A DNA stretch of 64,000 nt from Mustelus asterias (Eukaryota). Of this stretch, positions 1 through 13,505 are shown one piece after another. The stretch lies in contig NW_027590172.1 in assembly GCF_964213995.1 (NCBI RefSeq), positions 620,001 to 684,000 of the forward strand. Reading direction: 5' to 3'. The translations under genes were made by a program, and so were the position numbers. Below the pieces are notes generated by a model. That model made no database searches. It was given only the letters and a program-made list of their open reading frames with translations, and was not told where the DNA came from. Positions within the stretch are counted from its first letter, which is position 1. Every line of letters starts with the position of its first letter.

Positions 1-582
1 AAAGCAATAACTGTGCGTCGAGTGCCTGTTGTTTGTTGTCCTTGACTGAATACATCACTGTGGTGGAAATGGAAGGTGCCATTTTGCAGAAGAGACTTGC
101 TTGTGGTGAATGTGGTCTGGCGCGAAAATTAAAATAACAAAAGCCGCGTGGATAAGGAAAAATTGTATAACAGGCTGGTCTGGTGGTTAGAGTTTGACAC
201 TTGCACTGCTATTTAGATTACAGGTCAGGAAATGAAGATCTGTTGCTCTCATCCAAGCCGTAAAACAAATGTCTGTTATTGCTTGGTGGAACATATAAAA
301 CATAATCTTTCCTAGTGTCCTGAAGTGAAGACTGAGCAAATTCAACAGGAGGTTTTCATGTAATTTCTGGCAGGATATTGGGAACAAGACAAGGTTAAGG
401 ACAATTTAAATGATGCTGGTCCTTCACTGTTTCCGACTGGAAGTGATTTCTGTTTGTTACACAGTTCAGGACGAATTCATTAAGTGAAAAAGCAGGCTCA
501 AGCCAACTGATGGGCATTCGCAGCTCCTTTGCTGCTAATGAATTTCAGTAACGTTTTTCGTAAAGGGCTGCACGTTTAACGT

Positions 583-663
583 GGTCGCGTGGTGGAGCAG
601 TTTAAACCAGTGGTTTAACGCCCAGTGTATATGCAGCTCTGAGTTCGAGTTCAGCCGCTGCCA
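583..663 (+). pseudogene. Decayed tRNA-Leu (AAG/TAG type) pseudogene
   Basis: GGTCGCGTGG...GAGTTCGAGTTCAGCCGCTGCCA aligns end to end with vertebrate tRNA-Leu GGTAGCGTGGCCGAGCGG...GGTTCGAATCCCACCGCTGCCA, with many substitutions. Confidence 0.6.
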
Positions 664-1621
664 GAGTGGGTTGAAGTTTTGGTCTCTGCAGCTGAATTCC
701 AGCAGTTCAGAATGAATGCAAGAATTTGTGCCGTGCCATTTTTGGCAGGAATAGAAGAAACAGACCAAGGTAAACAGTTGTTGATGTAAAGGAGCGTGTG
801 TGGAAGGAGTGGAGCAAATTATTGCTGATGTTGGAATCGGAAACAAAAAGGGAAAATGCTGAAAAATCTCAGCAAGCCTGGCAGCATCTGTGAGGAGAGA
901 AGAGCTGAAGTTTCGCGTTGAGATCAGCCTTGGTCAAAACTGGGGAAGGATTGGAGTTGCTGCGATAGAGAATACAAACGGGAACACAGGGTGAAAGGCT
1001 GTCTGCTGATATAAGTAACAGGATTGCAAACATTGAGACTGCACTCCCGGCTTAGGGGATGGATTGGGATTTTCTAACTGAGGCTCAAATCCTGTCATGT
1101 ACACTTCCCGTCATTCCTCATTGTGACTTATTTTTATTGAAAGTAATTGAAAATAAAGCAATGGGTACAGAGATGATCAACTCATTGCAAATCTCTCACA
1201 TCAGCGTCACTGAGAGTCTAGTGATCAGGATCGGCGCCGTGAGGCGATTTCAATTCCCACTCACGGAGTGAATAACTTCTTGCTCAATTCTTCATTTAAT
1301 GAAAACACGCCTCACAGGGTCTGTGAAGGGAGCAATATCTAAATCCTCCAGCTGGATGAACTTGCATCGGAGCTGGAAAAGTCAGAAATGTAACATTAAC
1401 GATAAACTCTGAAGAAGAATCACATGACACGCACAACATACATGTCAGATACACACACACAGCATACATGTCAAATCATGTCACTTTCAAGTTGTGTCTT
1501 TTAACATCCTGCTCTCCACTTCAGACATTTCCACATTCATCAAAAATCTCCGACCTCAAACACCATCCTGTTCCCAATCTACTGATAATGCTACACATAA
1601 TGCAGACAGCTTCTAGTATTT

Positions 1622-2281
1622 GTCTCCGTAGCTCAGTGGCGAGAGCAAAGAACACAAAGAACAAAGAACAATACAGCACAGGAACAGGCCTTCGGCCCTC
1701 CAAGCCCGCGCCGCTCCCTGGTCCAAACTAGACAATTCTTTTGTATCCCTCCATTCCCACTCCGTTCATATGGCTGTCTAGATAAGTCTTAAACGTTCCC
1801 AGTGTGTCTGCCTCCACCACCTTGCCTGGCAGCGCATTCCAGGCCCCCACCACCCTCTGTGTAAAATATGTCCGTCTGATATCTGTGTTAAACCTCCCCC
1901 CCCTTCACCTTGAACCTATGACCCCTCGTGAACGTCACCACCGACCTGGGGAAAAGCTTCCCACCGTTCAACCTATCTATGCCTTTCATAATTTTATACA
2001 CCTCTAATAAGTCTCCCCTCATCCTCCGTCTTTCCAGGGAGAACAACCCCAGTTTACCCAATCTCTCCTCATAACTAAGCCCCTCCATACCAGGTAACAT
2101 CCTGGTAAACCTCCTCTGTACTCTCTCCAAAGCCTCCACGTCCTTCTGGTAGTGTGGCGACCAGAACTGGACGCAGTATTCCAGATGAGGCCGAACCAAC
2201 GTTCTATACATCTGCAACATCAGACCCCAAGCAATGGTCTTGTAAACCAGGGGTCGCGAATTCAATATCTCGCTAGAGCCT
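1622..2281 (+). pseudogene. tRNA-Thr(TGT) pseudogene split by a CR1 insertion
   Basis: 5' part GTCTCCGTAGCTCAGTGGCGAGAGCAA (1622-1648) and 3' part AGCAATGGTCTTGTAAACCAGGGGTCGCGAATTCAA...GAGCCT (2230-2281) match tRNA-Thr-TGT. AGCAA is duplicated on both sides of the insert. Confidence 0.8.
1649..2229 (-). mobile_element. 5'-truncated CR1 LINE (3' end of ORF2 plus 3' UTR)
   Basis: ORF LVRPHLEYCVQFWSP...LERRRMRGDL; (TTCTTTG)n-type tail at the 3' end; 5-bp TSD. Confidence 0.9.
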
Positions 2282-2329
2282 GCACGTAAATTTCAGCTGA
2301 TCTAAGTTTTAGGGTGGAGGCAGACAACG

Positions 2330-3160
2330 GGGGGTCAAAACAGAGGGCTTTGATAACTGGAGGGTAGATCAGGTGCAATTTTGCAGAGCGAATAGATATT
2401 CTCTTCTTCGTAAAAATAGAAAGAGCAGAACGTATTTGAAGAGCTGAAAATGATACTGAGAATAGAATAGATGCGTTTGTACAAGGAATGCATCAAGTTA
2501 ATACGTCGGTGCAGCAGATAATTGGAAGGGAAATGACATTTTGGCCTTTATTGCCGGCAGACTGGAGTCCAAGAATATCGAGGTGTTGCTGCAGTTGCAC
2601 AGGGTTTTGTTGAGACCACATGTTGAGTATTCTGTGCAAATATGATAGTCACATTAAAAAAAAAATATGTTTGCATTGGAAACTATAAAGAGAAGGTTCA
2701 CCAGATTGTTCCCTGGGGTGAGGGAGTTATCCTCTGATGAGAGGCTGAGTAAATTGTGCTGAAATTCTCCGGAGTTTCGAAGAATAAGAGGCGATCTCAT
2801 TAAACCTACACAACTCTGATTAGATTTGATAGGATGGAGGCTGTGAGATTTTTTTTCTGCTGGTCGGGGAATCTAACCCAGTGCGGCCCAGATAAGAGGC
2901 TGATCATTTAGGGCTATGATAAGGAAAGATTACTTCACTCAAAGGGCTGAGAATCTTTTACATTCTCTATACCTGACAGTTAAGTATGCCCCACCATCGA
3001 GCACATTTAATTCTGGGAAACAGGTATCTCGTCTCTTGGGGAATTCAGGGATCTGGGGAGCTGGTGGAAAAACTAAGTTGCAGCCCAAGATCAGTCATGA
3101 TGGTATTGAGTGGAGGAAGAATCTCGATGGACCGAGTGGTCTGCTCCTCCTCCTATGATT
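2330..3160 (+). mobile_element. Degenerate CR1 LINE 3' fragment
   Basis: Decayed RPHVEY and RGDLI motifs and a CR1-type 3' UTR. Confidence 0.75.
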
Positions 3161-3744
3161 CATGTCAGAATAAAAACAGAAAGTACTGGAAGTTCTCAGC
3201 AGGGCTTGCAACAAATGAGGAGCAAGGCATAGAGTTAAGGCTCTGAGTCCAACATGACTCTTTTCAAACCAGTAACTGAGTTTGAATTATAACAATTAGC
3301 AAAACATCGAGACTAGGAATTGAATTGGATCCAGGCAGCGAAAGCCCTGAGTTTAAACTGCTGCATTATTTCTGTAGGAAAATCGTTCAGAAGAGTGTGC
3401 TGCCAACTGAACGGGTGGAGGTTTGAGAGCACCCCGAGACAAAAAACTTATTTCTGTTTCTCCTTATATTCCCGACGTAGAAACACTTTGTGTCCTTCTG
3501 CAACAGGGAAATAGTGTCCAAACTTTGCCAGTCTTGATGTTATTCAGTAAATTGTCATACAAATCGACATATGAATATACATTTAAAATAAAACGAGATA
3601 CATTGGATCATGCTGCTGTACTTTTCCAACCTATTAGAAATATGGGTTTACAGTAGCTGATAGAAATTGATGCTGCGGTTGCAGATATAGAACTGGAACC
3701 CACCATCAGAACGACTGATTCCACTGTCTGTTTAAATGTTGATC

Positions 3745-3985
3745 AGGGAAAATTTCAATCATTCTCTTCTGTGTCACTACGGATAGTGAGTCAATAAGCA
3801 ATATTCACTCAACAAAGGCCCAATCACTCAATCTTTCTCGCAACTTTCAAACATGTTGTTATTCTCTGTACCAATTGCCATTGAGGTATACGAATCAGTG
3901 AATGCACTTGGTGATGGCAAAAATGTGCTTACCCTCTCGGGGAACACAATCACATTGATGCACACACAAGGTAGGAATGGATTCC
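3745..3985 (+). pseudogene. Possible 5' half (decayed leader plus FR1) of a TCR V pseudogene interrupted by LINEs
   Basis: Leader-like GKISIILFCVTTD before a GTGAGT donor at 3786; FR1-like ESVNALGDGKNVLTLSGNTITL followed by a frameshifted C-T, ending where CR1 sequence begins. Confidence 0.4.
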
Positions 3986-3987
3986 AA

Positions 3988-6496
3988 AGGCATGAATTCA
4001 TGAAAAGAAAAAGGAAATCATGTCTGACTAATTTATTAGATTTCTTCGAGAAGTCCCTCCCAGAGTGGATAGAAGGGGACCAGGGGATGTATTATTTTTG
4101 GACTTCCAGAAGGTGTTCAACAAGCTACCTCACAAAATGTTAACTCGTAACATAAGAGCCCATGATGTTGGGGGTAGTATATTTGTAGGTAGAGAATTGG
4201 CTGATGGCAGGAAGCAGCAATTTAGGATAAAGGGTTTTCAGTTTGGCGACGTGTAACCGTAGGGTTCCAGAGGGATTAATACTGGGATCACAACTGTTTA
4301 CAATAAATGTTACTGACTTGGAGGGAGGAAGCAAATATATTGTAGAAACATTTTCAGACACAAAAATAGGTGGAAAGGCAAATTGCGACAGGGATACAAA
4401 CAGTTGGTATCGAGATTTTGATAGGTTATCTAAGTAGTCGAAAAGTTGGAAAATGAAATTTAATGCGGGGAAATCTGAAAGTGTTCAATTTGGATTGGAG
4501 AACAAACGAACAGAGTACGATGCAAATAGGGAAACTGGGTAACACTGCCACACAAAGGGACTTAGGGGTACTTGTGCATGAAACACAGAAAGTTAGCAGA
4601 CATGTGCAGCAATAATCAAGAAGGATAATGGGATGTTGATTTTTATTTCAAGGGTGTTGGAGTATAAGAGTAAGGAAGTTTTGCTGCAGCTGTACAAGGT
4701 TTGGTGAGACCACATCTGGAGTTCCGTCAGCAGCTTTGGTCCCCTTATTTAAAGACATATATTATTTCATTGCAGGTAGTTCAGCGAAGGTTCACAAGGC
4801 TGATCCCGAGTATGGAGGGATTGTTTTATGAGGAAAGATTAAACAGGTTGGGACACTACTCATTGGAATTTAGAAAAATATCATGTGCCCTCATTGAAAC
4901 ATAGGATTTTTGAAGGTCTTGAGAGTCTAAATGCTGAGAAGATGTTTCCCCTCGTGGGAGGGTCCAGAGACAGAGGGGATAGTTTCAGAATAAACGAGTG
5001 CTAATTTATGAGTGAGATTATTTGTTCTGTTGGATTCAACACACTGACATATTCCATGGTAAGAAGTCTCACTGCACCAGATTAAAGACCAACAGATTTA
5101 TTTGGAATCACGAGCTTTCAGAGCGCTGTTCCCTCATCAGGCGAGTCACCTGTTGGACTTTAACCTGCTGTTGTGAGACTTCTTAACGTGTCCACACAAA
5201 TTCAACGCCAGCATCTCCACATCACGGATCCTCCATAGTGCATAGACACTGAGAAACGAGAAGCAAGTGTAGGCCATTCAGTCATTTTAACCTGTTCCGC
5301 CATTCATTTTGATCATAGTTGATTATAAAATTCAAAATTCTGATCCTGCCCTCCATCTATATCCCTTGGTTCCTTTAGCCTAAAGAGCGACATCTCGTTT
5401 CTTCATAAAATCACACAACGTTTTGGCCTCAACTACTTTCCTGTGGTAGTGAATTCCATACATTCACCACTCTCTGGGTGAAGAAATCTTCTGCTCACCT
5501 CAGTCCCAAAAGGTTTAACCCTTACCCTCAAACTGCGACACTTAGTTCAGGACTCCCCCATCATCGGGAAAATTCTTTCGGAATCTATTCTGTCGAATCC
5601 TAGAGAGGGAGCATAGCAAAGGTTTAACAGGCTGATTCCTGGGATGGCAAGTTTATCATATGAAGAGAGTCTAAATCGGTTAGGATTGTATTCACTGGAG
5701 TTTAGAAGAGTGGGAGGGAATCTCATATAAACTTATAAAATTCTAACAGGGTTAGGCAGGGTAGATTCAGAAAGAATGTTCCCAGTGATGGGGGAGTCCA
5801 GAACTAGGGGTCATAGTTTGAGGAAAAAGGGTAAGCCTGTTAGAACTGAGGTGGGAAGAAATTTCTTCACTCAGAAGGTGGTGAATGTATAGAATTCACC
5901 ACAACAGAATGTATTTGAGGCCAAAACGTTTTCTGATTTCAAGAAGAAATTAGGTATAGCTCTTGGGACTAAAGGGATCAAAGCGTATGAGAGGAAGGGG
6001 GAATCAGCATATTAAGTTTGGTGATCAACCATGATCAAAATGAATGGCGGAGCAGGCTCGATGGGCCGAATGGCTTATTCCTGCTTCTAGCTTCTATGTG
6101 TCTTTGTAATCCTCTTAGAATTGTATCAGTTTCAATGAGATCTCCTCTCACTCTTTTGAACTCCAATGAATATGATTCTAACTGATTTATTCTCTACTGA
6201 AATGACAAACCTAACATCCCAAGCAACAGCCTGGTAAACCTTCTCTGCACTCCCTCTATAGCAAGGATATCCTTTCTCGTATAAGGACGTCAAAGCTACA
6301 CACAATACTCCAGGTGCGGCCCCAAAAATGCCCGATAGAATTGCAGCAAAACATCCCTATTCCTATGCTCAAATGCTCTTGCTATGAAGGCTAGCATATC
6401 ATTTTTCTTCTTCACTGCCTGCTGTAACTGTACGTTTACTTTCAGCGACTGACGCACGAGGACACCAGGCTCTCGCTGAGTATCCATCTCGCTCAT
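3988..6496. mobile_element. Nested CR1 LINE fragments (plus and minus strand) with a Penelope pLTR fragment at about 5058-5225
   Basis: RT motifs KSCLTNLLDFF, LDFQK.F.K.PH, FSDTKIGG, VRPHLE; a plus-strand CR1 3' end (about 5601-6105) is inserted into a minus-strand CR1. Confidence 0.85.
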
Positions 6497-6676
6497 GCTT
6501 TATCACTTTGGAGGGATAACAAACTGCAAGCCCAAATGTTGAGATCAAAGTTTAGTAAAACTACCAAGATTACCGAGTTAACGATTAGTAAAGTCCTGAT
6601 CTCCGACACAGCTGTGTATTTCAGTGCCATGAGTACCCACACTGCTCCAGAGACGTCGCGGGTCCCAGTAAAAATC
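6497..6676 (+). pseudogene. TCR alpha/delta V pseudogene, 3' half with 23-RSS
   Basis: Translates ...KITELTISKVLISDTAVYFSAMST (second Cys changed to Ser), then CACACTG (6638-6644), 23 bp, GTAAAAATC (6668-6676). Confidence 0.8.
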
Positions 6677-6700
6677 CCACAGCGACAATCCCAGTGACTA

Positions 6701-6717
6701 CGCAGCAGAGGGCGCTC
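6701..6717 (+). promoter_or_regulatory. CTCF-like motif about 25 bp downstream of the V RSS
   Basis: CGCAGCAGAGGGCGCTC matches the CTCF core. Confidence 0.6.
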
Positions 6718-7169
6718 TCACACTGGTGAACAGCAGCAATAACTCACTCAGCGGTGTGAGAGCCAGAGGGATCTTTCTCAACCTACAAATAATACAATGC
6801 ACAACAATAGATCGTGAAATCCACTCGTTGAACTATGTTACTTTACGATTTCAATTCGCAACATATTAAAAATAGACTCTACAAGTACATCTGTGGAGCC
6901 TTAATTGTTTACATGTTAATTGTCCTTGTTCCTTTCAATTTATTTTCCCACTCTGTTCCTTCCCACCTCCAGTTTCCGCTTTACTTTCGTCCAATATTTA
7001 GTTTAACGATTCAGAACCTAATTTTCTGCGCGGCATCTCAAATCCGTCCAGTAAATCTCCACTGAGCCACAAAAGGAAACTGTCAGGCGACGCCAATAAA
7101 TAACCAAAGATTCTCTCCCCTTCTGTCCATCGCAATCGGAACACTTCTCCGAATAGGCACCAGTGGGCG

Positions 7170-7415
7170 GCCCGGTGGCACTGCTGCCTCACAGCGCCAG
7201 AGCCTCTGGTCACTGCCTGCGTGGAATTTGCACGTTCTCGTCTGGGTGATCCGGTTTCCTCCCACAGTCCAAAGTTAGGTTGATTGGCCATACTAAATTG
7301 CCCCTTAGTGTTAGTGGGACTAGTAGGATAAATAGATGGGATTATAGGGGTAGGGCCTCAGTGGGATTGCGGAGCGTGCAGACTTGATGGGCCAAATAGC
7401 CTCCTTCTGCACTGT
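7170..7415 (+). mobile_element. HE1/V-SINE (tRNA-derived), degenerate
   Basis: V-domain GTGGAATTTGCACGTTCTC...GGTTTCCTCCCACAGTCCAAAG and a CR1-like tail. Confidence 0.8.
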
Positions 7416-8657
7416 ATGCACTGATAATTTAAATGCTTGAACCCAATTTGCCTCAATGTTTTGAAGAAGATAAAAGTGGTCAATAATAATTACAAAAACA
7501 TCCGCATGTAGAAGGATTGGAGCCTGATATTGGTCAGAGGCCAGAGCGAGTGAGAGAAGGTGTGTCTGTTGTGGAAAAGGACGTGAAAATATGAATGAAA
7601 ACCCACATTGAGAGCTGCTTTCTGAATTATTACACTGTAATCATTTCAACCATTTCCATTTCTTTTATGAATGGAAGTGATGCTGAAAGGTTTTCCTAGC
7701 CGGCTGGTATTGAATTATAGGTAATGAGGATAAGCTTTACTTATCTTCGGGGGACTGTAAATCGGCTGCCTGAACTTTGCTCTCGTGTTTTGAACACATG
7801 ATTGTCGAGTTACTGAAAGCGCTGACATTATTATCTCTTAAACAAATTCCAAACTCCGATGGTCGTGGCACATTGAATATACGATAAGTAACCCGACTGA
7901 AGTTAATAATTTTAAACAGAGATGCCATTGAGAGAAATCCTGCGTACAATAGTGGAAATGTTTATACTTCAAGATCGTTCCACGGAATGTACAGTGACAG
8001 CCAGTACCTTTTCTCCAAAGCGGCAGGTATATTTTTTAAGCATCGTCACAAACACATGTTCCTTTCTTTGAACTATAATGGGAAGGATTCCATAACTGAT
8101 TATCTGACCCCTGAACGGCTGCATAACCGCTCCTTCCTTCACCAACAGATCCTCGCTTTAGCCTTGAATTGGGAGTTTCTCTTCGAACGGCAGGGACGCT
8201 GGCAATGTGGTGAGTCCATCAGCCACTCCGACATAAAATGCAATAATTATTCAATAATTGCCTCAGTGTTTCATGAGGGAAATCTCGCAGTCATGGCTGA
8301 TCCACTCCCCCGATGGTAAGGCTTAAACGGACTGATCCTGAATGAACCAAATCTTGGAGCAAGCCTGAGTTTGACCGTCACAATGATCAGAATCGGGTTT
8401 AAATGTCACCATCTGCTGTGTAAAACTGAAATATTCCTCCCATAAGGCACTGACTGTGACCCGGCTCTGAGCGTTTCCAATCATTGGCAGTCAGCCAATG
8501 GCAGCCAGCTCACCAGCCTGCCTATTCTCAATGTCACTGGGAACGTCAGAAAGCGAAGTGAAAACATCCTGAGACTCACAGCAGATTACTGAGGGCGGGG
8601 TTTAGAACGGGTGTCTTCAAAATCCCCAACTCCTCTTCGACAGAGCGGACAGAGACA

Positions 8658-9120
8658 ATGCGGCTGCTCAGCATCTGGGTTGTGTGGGCAATATTTCTGA
8701 CAGGTAAATGTGGACCAAACACATTTCAAATTTTTTTTTTACATTTTTGAAACATGGTGTAAAACAAAATTTTCAACAGTCGCCGGTCAGATATTTTTAT
8801 ATTTGTTTTTCAGATCTGATTCATGGAGATTCTGTCACTCAGTCGCCGTCCTCAGATGTTAGGACAGAAGGAGAAGCGGTGAATTTAAATTGTAAATATG
8901 ATACTGAAGCGAGCTACTATTATCTATACTGGTACCGGCAGCACCCGGACTCACAGCCTCAGTTTATACTTTCGAAATACTCTAGCGGCGCTGAAGACAA
9001 AGCCGATTTTGCCAAAATCCGTTTCTCTGTTGAGCTCCAGACGGAGAATAAATTCAGCAGTTTAACCATCTCGGGTCTGAAGCTGGCTGACGCCGCCGTA
9101 TATTACTGCGCTTTCAGACT
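8658..9120 (+). CDS. TCR alpha/delta V gene segment, apparently functional (leader exon 8658-8703, V exon 8814-9120)
   Basis: Leader MRLLSIWVVWAIFLT, GT..AG phase-1 intron, in-frame DLIHGDSVTQSPSS...LNCKY...LYWYRQ...LADAAVYYCAFRL with both Cys and the Trp intact. Confidence 0.93.
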
Positions 9121-9159
9121 CACAGTGACAGAAAACAAGCTCAGCCCTGTACAAAAACT
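9121..9159 (+). other. 23-RSS, near consensus
   Basis: CACAGTG, 23 bp, ACAAAAACT. Confidence 0.95.
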
Positions 9160-9419
9160 GCCTATTAATACAGAATGCAGCTCCTGTCTGTTGTGGCTTG
9201 TGTAAAATCGCGGTAGATGTAGCCACAATGTACAGCAAAAGGAAACCAAGCCAACCTCGAATGAAACTGTTCCCAGGAGCAACGACACAAACAAACTGCC
9301 GATTTCAATCCGACAAACAGATCAGCACAGAGTCATATTTGAAGATACCCGTTCTAATCCCCGTTCTCTACCCTGGGGATGTTCATGCCTCACTTCCCTA
9401 TGTGACTCTGGTTCTGTGA

Positions 9420-9436
9420 GACCACTTGGTGGCGAT
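9420..9436. promoter_or_regulatory. CTCF-like motif about 260 bp downstream of the V RSS
   Basis: GACCACTTGGTGGCGAT; reverse strand reads CGCCACCAAGTGG. Confidence 0.5.
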
Positions 9437-9847
9437 CTGGTGCTGACATGGAAAGAAAAGCGTCCGAACCTGGCTACAGTCAGTGTCTTGATAGGGGAAC
9501 GGCCGCACTTTCAGAGACTGGGGGAGATGGAAGAGGTGGGCGGGGAATGTAATCCTGGTCTGTATATTATCATCAGAAAAATCTGGATTGTTAGTGCTGA
9601 CAGAAACCACACCAGCCTCCAGGAAACATTCTGAAGCTCAGTGGGCACGAGGGAAAATTTACTTGGGGTTGGTTTAAAGATCACAGTCACCACTTTGCGA
9701 AATCTGTTCAATGTGAATAAGTTTTCTCTGATTCGGAACGTACTCTGTTTAAATAAGCTGTGAGCAGGCCGCGGTCAAAGGCTCCAGGAAACTGGGAGGG
9801 GATATGAAGAGAGGGTTGTTCAATGTTACAGTCACGGAAATGTTTGT

Positions 9848-10650
9848 GGCTCAAAACTGGGTAGGAGCGCTGTTGGACATTTCTCATTAAGCGTGTGCGA
9901 AGTCTGTATGATTTAATTTCATTACGCAACATTACACGAATCTCGATGTAACATCATTTCAAATGCTTTCAGGAATATCAGAAATGCTGTACTTTAGGAC
10001 GCAATGTCAGGAAATAAATGTTTGTACACATTCGCAACTCGTTCAGTCCACAACAGTATTTAATGGATTTATAGATGCAGACTAACATATGTAATCGCCA
10101 TCTGAAACATGTCTAATGGTATTGCGTGCTCTAAGACATAGACACAAGTAAAACTGTAAGTGAACTAGAGGAAATGGCGCACAATTTCCATAAGTATTTT
10201 TAAAAAATTGTTCTTCATGATAAAGAATTAGGAAAAACCTCTCGGGCAGATGAGGCAATCGTGGATCAGTGCGGACCTGCTGGGCCTACTGTAGATGAAC
10301 GAGATTTCAGCGCCAGAATGTTTCACACATAGAAAAAAGAGGGATCAAGTATAACTAACAGGTCATTTTTCAATCTGTTTCCTTGAAGGATGTTTGATTT
10401 TGTTTAAAAGATGACTATGGTCAATCTCAATGAAGCACCATGGGATGTCTATTACCCAGTGACTCGATTCCTTTTGTTGGTCAGTCATGTTCAATTTTGA
10501 AATTCTGGATTAGTTGAGACACCAGGTTGAAAGCAACGGTTGTTTTATTATATTGAGTTATATTGAACTCAATCCACCTAACTCTCAGTCTAACCCTGAG
10601 AACCTGCAGCAACCGACCTGAGTTGAACAATGCAGACAGACCAACTGCAC
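9848..10650 (+). repeat. Relic of a tRNA-Val gene repeat unit, inverted homolog of about 57890-59620
   Basis: Starts with GGCTCAAAACTGGGTAGG (tRNA-Val 3'-end-like). Shared blocks include CTGAAACATGTCTAAT, GAACTAGAGGAAATG, GCCAGAATGTTTCACAC and ACCCAGTGACTCGAT, all present as reverse complements at 58.5-59.5 kb. Confidence 0.75.
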
Positions 10651-10689
10651 ATTCCAGAATTAAGACATATATATTAAATAAATGGATTA

Positions 10690-12770
10690 ATACCAAGTAT
10701 CGAAAGAAGATTATTGTCACATACATTAACATACAGTGAAAATATTGTTTCTTGCGCGTTATAGAGACAAAAAATACCTTCATAGAGAAGGAAAAGAGAT
10801 GGTGCAGAATGTAGTGTTACAGTCATAGCTAGGATGTAGAGAATGATCAACTTAATGCAAGGCAAGTCCATTCAAAAGTCTGATAGCAGCAGGGAAGAAG
10901 CTGTTCTTGAGTCGTATGGTACACCACCTCAGAGTTTTGTAGAAGGTGGAAGAGAGAATGTCCGGGCTCCGTGGTGTTCTTTGTGATGCTGGCTGCTTTG
11001 CTGAGGCTACGGATAATGTAGACAGAGTCAATGGATGGGAAACTGGTTTGCGTGCTGGATTGAACTACATTAACGACCTTTTGTAGTTACTTGCGGTCTT
11101 GGGCAGAGCAGGAGCCATACCAAGCTGTGCTACAACCAGAAAGAATGCTTTCTATGGTGCATCTGTTAACGTTGGTGAGAGTCGTAGCTGACAGGCCAAA
11201 TTTCCTTAGTCTTCTGAGAAAGTAGAGGCGTTGCTGGGCTCTCTTAACTATAGTGTCGGCATGGGGGGGCCCAGGACAGGTTGTTGGTGATCTGGACACA
11301 TAAAAACTTGAATCTCTACCCTTTCTACTTCGTCCCCGTTGATGTAGACAGGGGCATGTTTTCCTTTACGCTCCCTGAAGTCGATGACAATCTCCTTCGT
11401 TTTGTTGACATTGAGGGAGAGATTATTGTTGCCGCATCAGTTCACCAGATTCTCTATCTCAGTAGACTGGGGCGATACTCATTGGAATTCAGAAGAATGA
11501 GGGGAGATCTTATAGAAACATATAAGATTATGAAGAGAATAGACAAAATAGAAGCAGGGAAGTTGTTTCCACTGGCGGGTGAAACTAGAACTGGGGGGAA
11601 TATCCTCAAAATAAGCGGAAGCAGATTTAGGACTGAGTTGAGGAGGAACCTCTTCACATAAAGGGTTGTGAATCTGTGGCATTCCCTACCCAGTGAAGCA
11701 TTTGAGGCTACCTCATTGAATGTTTTTAAGGCAAGGATAGATACATTTTTGAACAGTAAAGGAATTAAGGGTTATGGTGAGAGGGCGGGTAAGTGGAGCT
11801 GAGTCCACAAAAAGATCAGCCATGATCTTATTGAATGGCGGAGCAGGCTCGAGGGGCCTGATGTCCTACTCCTGCTCCTAGTTCTTATGTTCTTATTCTT
11901 ATGTTCTTATTCCTGAACTCTGTCTCATCATTGTTTGAGATCCGACCTGCGACGGTGGAGTCGGCAGCAAACTTGAAAATCGTATAGAAGGGGAATTTGG
12001 CCACACAGTCATAGGTATATACGGAGTTATAGTAGGGGGCTGAGAACACAGCGCTGTGGAACACCTGTGTTGAGGGTGATCGGGGAGGAGATGTTGTTGC
12101 CTATTCTTACTGATTGTGATCTATGAGTTAGGAAGTTCAGGATGCAATCGCAGAGAGAGGTGTCAAGGCCCAGGCCACGGAGTTTGGAGGTGATTTTCGT
12201 GGGAACGATGGTGTTGAAGGCTGAGCTGTGGTCAATAAATCGGAGTGTATCATAGGTGTCCTTGTTATCTAGGTGTTCCAGAGTTGAGTGCAGGGCCAGG
12301 CAGATGGCGTCTGCTGTGGACCTGTTGCGGCGAAAGGCAAACTGTAGTGGATCCAGGTAGTCCACGAGGCTGGAATTGGTTCATGCCATGACTAACCTTT
12401 CGAAGTACTTCATAATGATGGATGTCAGAGCCACCGGCCGATAGTCGTTAAGACACACTGCTTGTTTTTTCTTAGGTACCGAGATGATGGTCGTTATCTT
12501 GAAGCAGATAGGGACCTCAGATTACTGGAAAGAGAGGTTGAAGATGTCTGTGAATACCTCCGTCAGCTGATCCGCGCAGGATCTGTGTGCTCGTCCGGGT
12601 ACCCCAGTCGCTTTCCAAGGGTTGACCTTCGAGAAGGCTGCTCTGACATCTGCAATGGTGACCCCAGGTACAGGTTCATCGAGAGCTTCCAGGGTAGAGG
12701 GCATGCTCTTGCTGACCTCTTGCTCAAAACGGGCGTAGAATGCATTGAGCTCATCAGTGCGTTGGAGCCG
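10690..12770 (-). mobile_element. Rex1/Babar-type LINE fragment, with a plus-strand CR1 3' end inserted at about 11455-11910
   Basis: ORFs [29 protein letters not shown] and AQQRLYFLRRLRKF..IESIL..AWYG; the CR1 insert has RRMRGDLIETYKI and a (TTCTTAT)n tail. Confidence 0.85.
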
Positions 12771-12779
12771 ACGATTTTA

Positions 12780-13255
12780 CATGCCTTCTACTTGTATCCT
12801 GCAGCGAGTAACTCACCTGATTCCCCAAAATCTATCCACCATCTGCAAGGCACAATTCAAGAGTGTGAGTGAATACTCCCCACTTACGTGGATGATGCAG
12901 GAGCTCACCAAAGGCACCTTGGGCAGCAGTTTCTAAATCCAAGACCGCTATCACCTGGAAGTTCTCTTCCAAGCCAATCACCATCCTGACTTGGAAATAT
13001 ATCGCTGTTCCTTTTCGGTCTCTGGGACAAGGTCCTGGAATAACTAACCACCTTCCCCACCCCCCACCCCACTCCCCCCCCCCACCCCACCCACCGGACC
13101 CCACCCCGTGCAACAGCACAATGGATATACCTACACTCATAGACTTCAGCGGTTCATGAAGGCAACTCACCACCACCTTCTCAAGGGAAATTACTGATGG
13201 GTAATAATTGCCGGTCGAGCCAGTGACACCCACATTCTCGTTAATGAATAAAAAG
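12780..13255 (+). mobile_element. Non-LTR retrotransposon 3' fragment (L2/CR1 group); related minus-strand copy at about 16745-17555
   Basis: Translates LSTICKAQFKSVSEYSPLTW; the tail GGCAACTCACCACCACCTTCTCAAGGG recurs in the window. Confidence 0.65.
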
Positions 13256-13505
13256 AAAGATCCAGCCAGCTGCCAGAACGGACAATCATGGGGTCCCCTG
13301 AACAGGTGAATGGTGACGAAATGAATGTCCGCTTACATAGTCAACCCTTTTGAAAATATTTTTCCAGCGAGCATGCTGTGCTGATGGATTCTCTGCAGTT
13401 TGTGCTCAGGTTCTCAAACCAAATCCTATGTGAAACAATCCCGCCGGCTGCACCGGAAAGAAATGAGCAAAAACTGTGAATTAGGCAATAGGAAACAACA
13501 TCATA

